From Candidatus Cloacimonadales bacterium (lineage in GTDB: Bacteria > Cloacimonadota > Cloacimonadia > Cloacimonadales > JAFGVF01), in contig CAXXJV010000001.1 of NCBI GenBank assembly GCA_963663475.2, positions 1,472,001 through 1,536,000 of the forward strand: DNA of 64,000 nucleotides, read 5' to 3'. Positions within the stretch are counted from its first letter, which is position 1, and every line of letters begins with the position of its first letter. The notes under the pieces were generated by a model. It saw only the letters and a list, made by a program, of their open reading frames with translations. It ran no database searches and was not told the origin of the DNA. Of the stretch, positions 59,677 through 64,000 are shown piece by piece. Position numbers and translations under genes: made by a program.

Positions 59677-59931
59677 ATGCAAAAAGATTATATGATTATC
59701 TTAGTGAATGCTAGAAAAGAAGAAGCTGTTACTGTGCAAAAGATTTTAACTGAATGGGGATGTTTTATCAAGACACGTTTAGGACTTCATGGTGGTGTTT
59801 TAGATGATTGCTCTCAAAATGGGACCCTATTCTTAGAATTAGCTGGAGATAAAGAAAAACATGAAGAAATGGCTAGAAAATTAAATCTACTTAAAGGTGT
59901 TTCTGCTAAAATTATTGATATGCAAGTTTAA
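59677..59931 (+). CDS. Small ACT-like protein (TM1266/iron-only hydrogenase regulator-like)
   Basis: VQKILTEWGCFIKTRLGLH motif; 84 aa. Confidence 0.65.
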   Translation: MQKDYMIILVNARKEEAVTVQKILTEWGCFIKTRLGLHGGVLDDCSQNGTLFLELAGDKEKHEEMARKLNLLKGVSAKIIDMQV

Positions 59932-60096
59932 CCCAAATAATGCAGTAGACCTTTGTGAACAGCACTATATTCTTCTGCAAAAGTAACTTCCATAATTTCT
60001 CCGAATATATAAAATATATGCGTCAAAATTCTGTAAGCTATTTTGCTAGAATAATCTGCACTCTTCACTAAAGCTCTACTACACTATCTGGATTTA
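59929..60096. mobile_element. MITE family A reference copy (168 bp)
   Basis: TA-acccaaataatgcagtagacctttgtgaacagcactatattcttctgcaaaa ... ttttgctagaataatctgcactcttcactaaagctctactacactatctggatt-TA; begins in the stop codon of 59677..59931. Confidence 0.88.
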
Positions 60097-60121
60097 AATA
60101 TTTATAATTATTTACTGATAT

Positions 60122-60156
60122 AAAACCCGAGAAATATTAGTATTTCTCGGGTTTTT
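60122..60156. terminator. Bidirectional terminator
   Basis: AAAACCCGAGAAATA-ttag-TATTTCTCGGGTTTT between convergent genes. Confidence 0.85.
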
Positions 60157-60161
60157 ATAAT

Positions 60162-62417
60162 TTATTGTTTCACAACTCTGTTAAAAGTTTTATTGTCTCT
60201 TGAATAGTACATACTCCTTGGATTTTCAAATCTGAAATAATAAGTTCTATCTTTATTACCTTTAGAAATTTTAATCATATAAGTTTCATTTGATTTGTTA
60301 TATGAAAATTTTTCATAAATATAAAACTCATTGCCAGTTCTGAAATTATTTTTTTTAATTCCAAAAGTCCAAACACCACTACTAGCATCGTCCCAGTTGC
60401 CCCAGAAATATTCCGGCATAATACTTATATCAGCCTGATTCTCCTCTTGAACACTAACCTCATCAGCCAATTTCTCTAAGATATCTAACTCTTGTCTCAA
60501 GTCTTCATCATTAATTTCAGTAGCTTCTTTGGCGAAATGTAGTTTAAATTTGGAGAACTGATCTTTATAATAGTCAGAAATTTCTAATTTTTTTGATCTT
60601 CTTTCCCATCTATTATGACCATATTGAATTTGATTATTTACTTTCTTTAAGTTATTACCATATTGCCAATCATCCTGACCTTGGTTAGATTGATCTACTT
60701 TTTTGTCATTAATCCAATCATGCATTAAATTAACATAGCGAGAGAGTAAAATCGCTTTTCTAATGCCATTATCTGTACCTTTTGTAGATCTTGAGAATTG
60801 GATTTTCTCACTAACTGTTTCTGGTATTCCATTTCTATCCTTGTAAGAACAGACAAGCTCAATATCATTTCTCCAACCTATTTTATTTAGTTTTATTAAA
60901 ATAATGCCACCCTTAGTCTGACCATCAGCTGTTTCAGAAGGGAAAAGGGTATTAACTCGCATTATTTCACCACTAGCCATATCTGCTTCAGGGGAACCAT
61001 AGACCTCATCTATCTCATAGTTTTCGCTCTTGAGATGGAGGGTTAAGTCAAATACTAAAGGCGTAACCATATAATCAAATTGAGTATCCATACGTTTTTT
61101 GAATTCTTCAGCATTATGAACAGAGAAGTAATTAGCCCCAGGTGTTTTAGTGATATAGCTTATCAGCTCATTATTTAAATCTACACCCACACCGATAAAA
61201 GAAGTATAAATCTTCTTTTCTGAATTAGTCTTCATTAGACCCCAGAGGGTATTTTCATCTGTTACTTGGGTGTTTGGCATGGCATCTGTTAAAAAGATAA
61301 TTCTGTTATCATACTCTTGAGGATCATAGTTATCAAGTTTATCATAAAGTTGTGTAGCTGTCTTGATTCCAGCATACATGTTAGTACCGCCTTGAGGAGT
61401 AATTTGATTAATGTGGTTACGAATAGCTTCCATATCGGTATTACCAACAAGGTTAAGGGGCTTAGCTAAATATGAACTATTATCATAGAGGACAACAGCA
61501 AATCTATCATGATCCTTAAGGTGTTTAGTTAAGGCTATTATGCATTCTTTAGCAATTTCCATCTTAGATCTATTATCATATTCAGCTTCATCTTCTTCAG
61601 TATCTGTGTCTAATCTTGATTTTATTCTGCTTACTCTATTATAATAATATTCATTAAAGTTTGAACTCATTGAGCCAGAGATATCTAGGACTATGGTAAG
61701 ATTTAGCTTTTTACGTTGGAAAGAAGCTTGGGTGAGGTTAGAATTAAGACCTACACTTAGATAAATTTCTTTTTGTCCAGTAAGAGGATTATCACTTTTA
61801 GAAGAAGTATAGCTAGGTTCAAACAAATGCTTAGCTTCTTTTGTGATATTATTATCGAAGAAATAGTCATAGAAAAGGCCTTCATGGCTGATATCTTCTT
61901 CCAGAGGCATAAAATTATTTGCAATATTTTCTCGGAAATTATTAATATCTTTTGCTCCTCCCACAGAGAAGCCTAGACCATCACTATTATTTGCCAGGGA
62001 AGTCCTTGTGGCTGGTTCAGCAGAAAATGATTTAGAAGAACTTCCATTTGAATGCAGACTCATAATTCTTCTACTTTGAGTACGATGTCTGTTAAAATTA
62101 CCGGATCCTTGAAATATTTCATCCTCATCGTCAGTTTCTATCCCATATATCCAGTCATCTTCTACTTCAAGTGTAAGAGTATCTTCTTTTACCTCTTGTT
62201 CTTTGCTAGTTTGTGGAGATTCATTCCAAATGGGATCATTTTCTTTTAATAGAGTATCTGTAATTGCATTTGTTTCAGCTCTTGCTTCATCTTTTTCTTG
62301 AGAAAGAATTTTTAAAGAATCAGCTTGTGAAGCATCAGTATAGTTTTTGCTTTTTGTGCAGGCAAGGAGTAAGATTGCGGTAACAAGTAAGATAAGTATA
62401 AATTTTAAATTTTTCAT
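60162..62417 (-). CDS. vWA-domain lipoprotein (YfbK-like)
   Basis: Lipobox LLAC; GFSVGGAKDINNFRENI; MIDAS motif DISGS, GGTN, FLTDAMPN. Confidence 0.85.
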   Translation of the reverse strand: MKNLKFILILLVTAILLLACTKSKNYTDASQADSLKILSQEKDEARAETNAITDTLLKENDPIWNESPQTSKEQEVKEDTLTLEVEDDWIYGIETDDEDEIFQGSGNFNRHRTQSRRIMSLHSNGSSSKSFSAEPATRTSLANNSDGLGFSVGGAKDINNFRENIANNFMPLEEDISHEGLFYDYFFDNNITKEAKHLFEPSYTSSKSDNPLTGQKEIYLSVGLNSNLTQASFQRKKLNLTIVLDISGSMSSNFNEYYYNRVSRIKSRLDTDTEEDEAEYDNRSKMEIAKECIIALTKHLKDHDRFAVVLYDNSSYLAKPLNLVGNTDMEAIRNHINQITPQGGTNMYAGIKTATQLYDKLDNYDPQEYDNRIIFLTDAMPNTQVTDENTLWGLMKTNSEKKIYTSFIGVGVDLNNELISYITKTPGANYFSVHNAEEFKKRMDTQFDYMVTPLVFDLTLHLKSENYEIDEVYGSPEADMASGEIMRVNTLFPSETADGQTKGGIILIKLNKIGWRNDIELVCSYKDRNGIPETVSEKIQFSRSTKGTDNGIRKAILLSRYVNLMHDWINDKKVDQSNQGQDDWQYGNNLKKVNNQIQYGHNRWERRSKKLEISDYYKDQFSKFKLHFAKEATEINDEDLRQELDILEKLADEVSVQEENQADISIMPEYFWGNWDDASSGVWTFGIKKNNFRTGNEFYIYEKFSYNKSNETYMIKISKGNKDRTYYFRFENPRSMYYSRDNKTFNRVVKQ

Positions 62418-62438
62418 ATTAACCTCATAGTTTATATT

Positions 62439-64000
62439 TTATTCAAAAGTGTGTTCAAGTTTTATTTGATAAGTTCCAATTCTAGCTATCTGTTTATGCT
62501 CGATAATTTTTTGTACTTGTTTAATAAAGGTTTTATCATTTATTGAACCTAGTCCTCTTATAACAGCCTTGATTATCTTATCATCTTTAAAATATAAGTG
62601 AAAATATAATTTACCACTGATAGTTTTATGTAATTTATAGCTAGCGAATTCTTGATTAATTCTAGGAAGAAGTGCGTTAGCAAACCATTCTCTAATAATT
62701 AATTCTTTTTCAGTCGGGGTAATTCCTTGGTTATTATCATTATGTGAAATTGTTTTATTATCATAGGCTATCAAAAAATCTAATAGATCTATTTCTTGTT
62801 GTAAGTCTTGGTCCTTAATATCTTTTAATTCACTAGAAAAGTGAGTTTTGAAACGTTTAAAGACTTCTTTATAATATGAGTTAACTCTCAAATTTGTAGA
62901 TCTTCTTTCCCAATTATCAGAATCAGCCCTTGTTTCTACTTCTTTACCATAGAGCCAATCATCTTCTCCTAATTCTTTAATTACCAGAGTTTTACTCTCA
63001 ATCCAATTGTGCATCAAATCTACATAGCGAGATAGTAAAACAGCCTTTCTTATGCCATTATTACTTCCTTTGATTTCTTTTGAAAAGTTAATCTTCTCTG
63101 AAACAAAATCAGGAATTCCATTTCTATCTTTGTAACTACATCTTAGTTCAAGGTCAGAATCATTAGCAATTTTTTTCAATTTTATCAGGATTATACCGCC
63201 TCTTGTTTTTCCATCCTTGCTTTCAGAGGGGAAGAGGGTATTAACTTTCATAATCTCACCAGTAGCTTGATCTGCTTCAGGAGCACCAAAAATCTTTTCA
63301 ATTTCATAGTTATTACTTTTCAAATGGAGAGTTAAATCAAAGACCAAGGGAGTAACCATATAGTCAAACTGAGCATTCATTCTTTTCTTAAAATCTTGGC
63401 CACTATGAACTGAATAATAGTTAGCACCAGGAGTTTTGCTGATATAGTTAATTAAGTCATTATTTAAATCTATTCCCACTCCGATGAAAGTTGAATACAC
63501 CTTTTGCTCAGCATTATCTTTAATTTTCCACCAAATGGATTTCTTATCAGTTATGTCTGTATTTGGCATTGCATCGGTGAGGAAAATAACTCTGTTGTCA
63601 TATTCTTTGTTACTGTATTCGGGTAGCTTGTTAAATAGATTAGAAGCAGTGGCAATACCTTCATACATATTGGTACTTCCATTAGCTTCAATATTTCTAA
63701 TATGGGAACGGATTTGGTCCATATTAGTTTTACCAACTAGATTAAAAGGTTTTGCTAAGTGAGACTGATTATTAAAGAGAACAACAGCCAAACGATCATT
63801 TTCATCAAGTTGTTTGGTTAAGGCAATAATACAGTCTTTAGCTATTTCAATTTTACTTCGATTATCCCATGTTTCTTGATAATTATCGTCTTTTTTCCCA
63901 TCGTAATGATATTTATCAAATCTTTCTGTCATAGAACCTGAAATATCTAAGACAATTACTAAATTTAGATTTTTTCTTTTAAATGAACTAGCTTTTAAAT
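62439..64000 (-). CDS. Paralogous vWA-domain protein with TonB-C/AgmX-like tail; 5' end outside the window
   Basis: The frame stays open upstream of the track start 63932 (LKASSFKRKNLNLVIVLDISGSM); closely paralogous to 60162..62417 over the vWA core. Confidence 0.85.
   Translation of the reverse strand, partial: LKASSFKRKNLNLVIVLDISGSMTERFDKYHYDGKKDDNYQETWDNRSKIEIAKDCIIALTKQLDENDRLAVVLFNNQSHLAKPFNLVGKTNMDQIRSHIRNIEANGSTNMYEGIATASNLFNKLPEYSNKEYDNRVIFLTDAMPNTDITDKKSIWWKIKDNAEQKVYSTFIGVGIDLNNDLINYISKTPGANYYSVHSGQDFKKRMNAQFDYMVTPLVFDLTLHLKSNNYEIEKIFGAPEADQATGEIMKVNTLFPSESKDGKTRGGIILIKLKKIANDSDLELRCSYKDRNGIPDFVSEKINFSKEIKGSNNGIRKAVLLSRYVDLMHNWIESKTLVIKELGEDDWLYGKEVETRADSDNWERRSTNLRVNSYYKEVFKRFKTHFSSELKDIKDQDLQQEIDLLDFLIAYDNKTISHNDNNQGITPTEKELIIREWFANALLPRINQEFASYKLHKTISGKLYFHLYFKDDKIIKAVIRGLGSINDKTFIKQVQKIIEHKQIARIGTYQIKLEHTFE

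Overview
AT-rich chromosomal window from an anaerobic diderm bacterium, most likely Candidatus Cloacimonadota. This assignment is an inference from secreted proteins ending in TLPVELSSF + FlgD-Ig/T9SS-like C-terminal domains, an M6 protease and a kal-crt-hbd-bcd-etfBA lysine-fermentation operon. Gene content from left to right: edge of a probable defence locus (PLD-nuclease/SF2 helicase plus an internally deleted KilA-N gene); arsenic-resistance operon; lon; tRNA cluster Pro-Val-Val-Pro; amt; TolC/MacAB-type exporter with a LytS/LytTR system; N-glycan-type sugar locus (binding protein-permease fusion, repeat-containing permease, GH38, GH20-GH130 fusion, CBM9-like protein); two duplicated secreted proteins; the crotonyl-CoA operon; two giant secreted proteins; a PerR-type oxidative-stress/iron operon; tandem vWA proteins. 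The non-coding DNA is the most unusual part: (i) a candidate structured RNA in the amt leader with two hairpins carrying the same CAAAGUAU loop and a compensatory base-pair change; (ii) about 11 copies or remnants of a mostly TA-flanked MITE-like hairpin element with swappable interiors; (iii) a second 217-bp MITE with 15-bp TIRs and a 5-bp target-site duplication; (iv) two short motifs that bracket the ars operon at one locus and a perfect 37-bp hairpin at another; (v) a sigma54-type promoter with a putative enhancer upstream of the secreted-protein pair. No transposase, integrase, reverse transcriptase, CRISPR array or rRNA was seen. All calls come from reading the sequence by eye; no searches were run.
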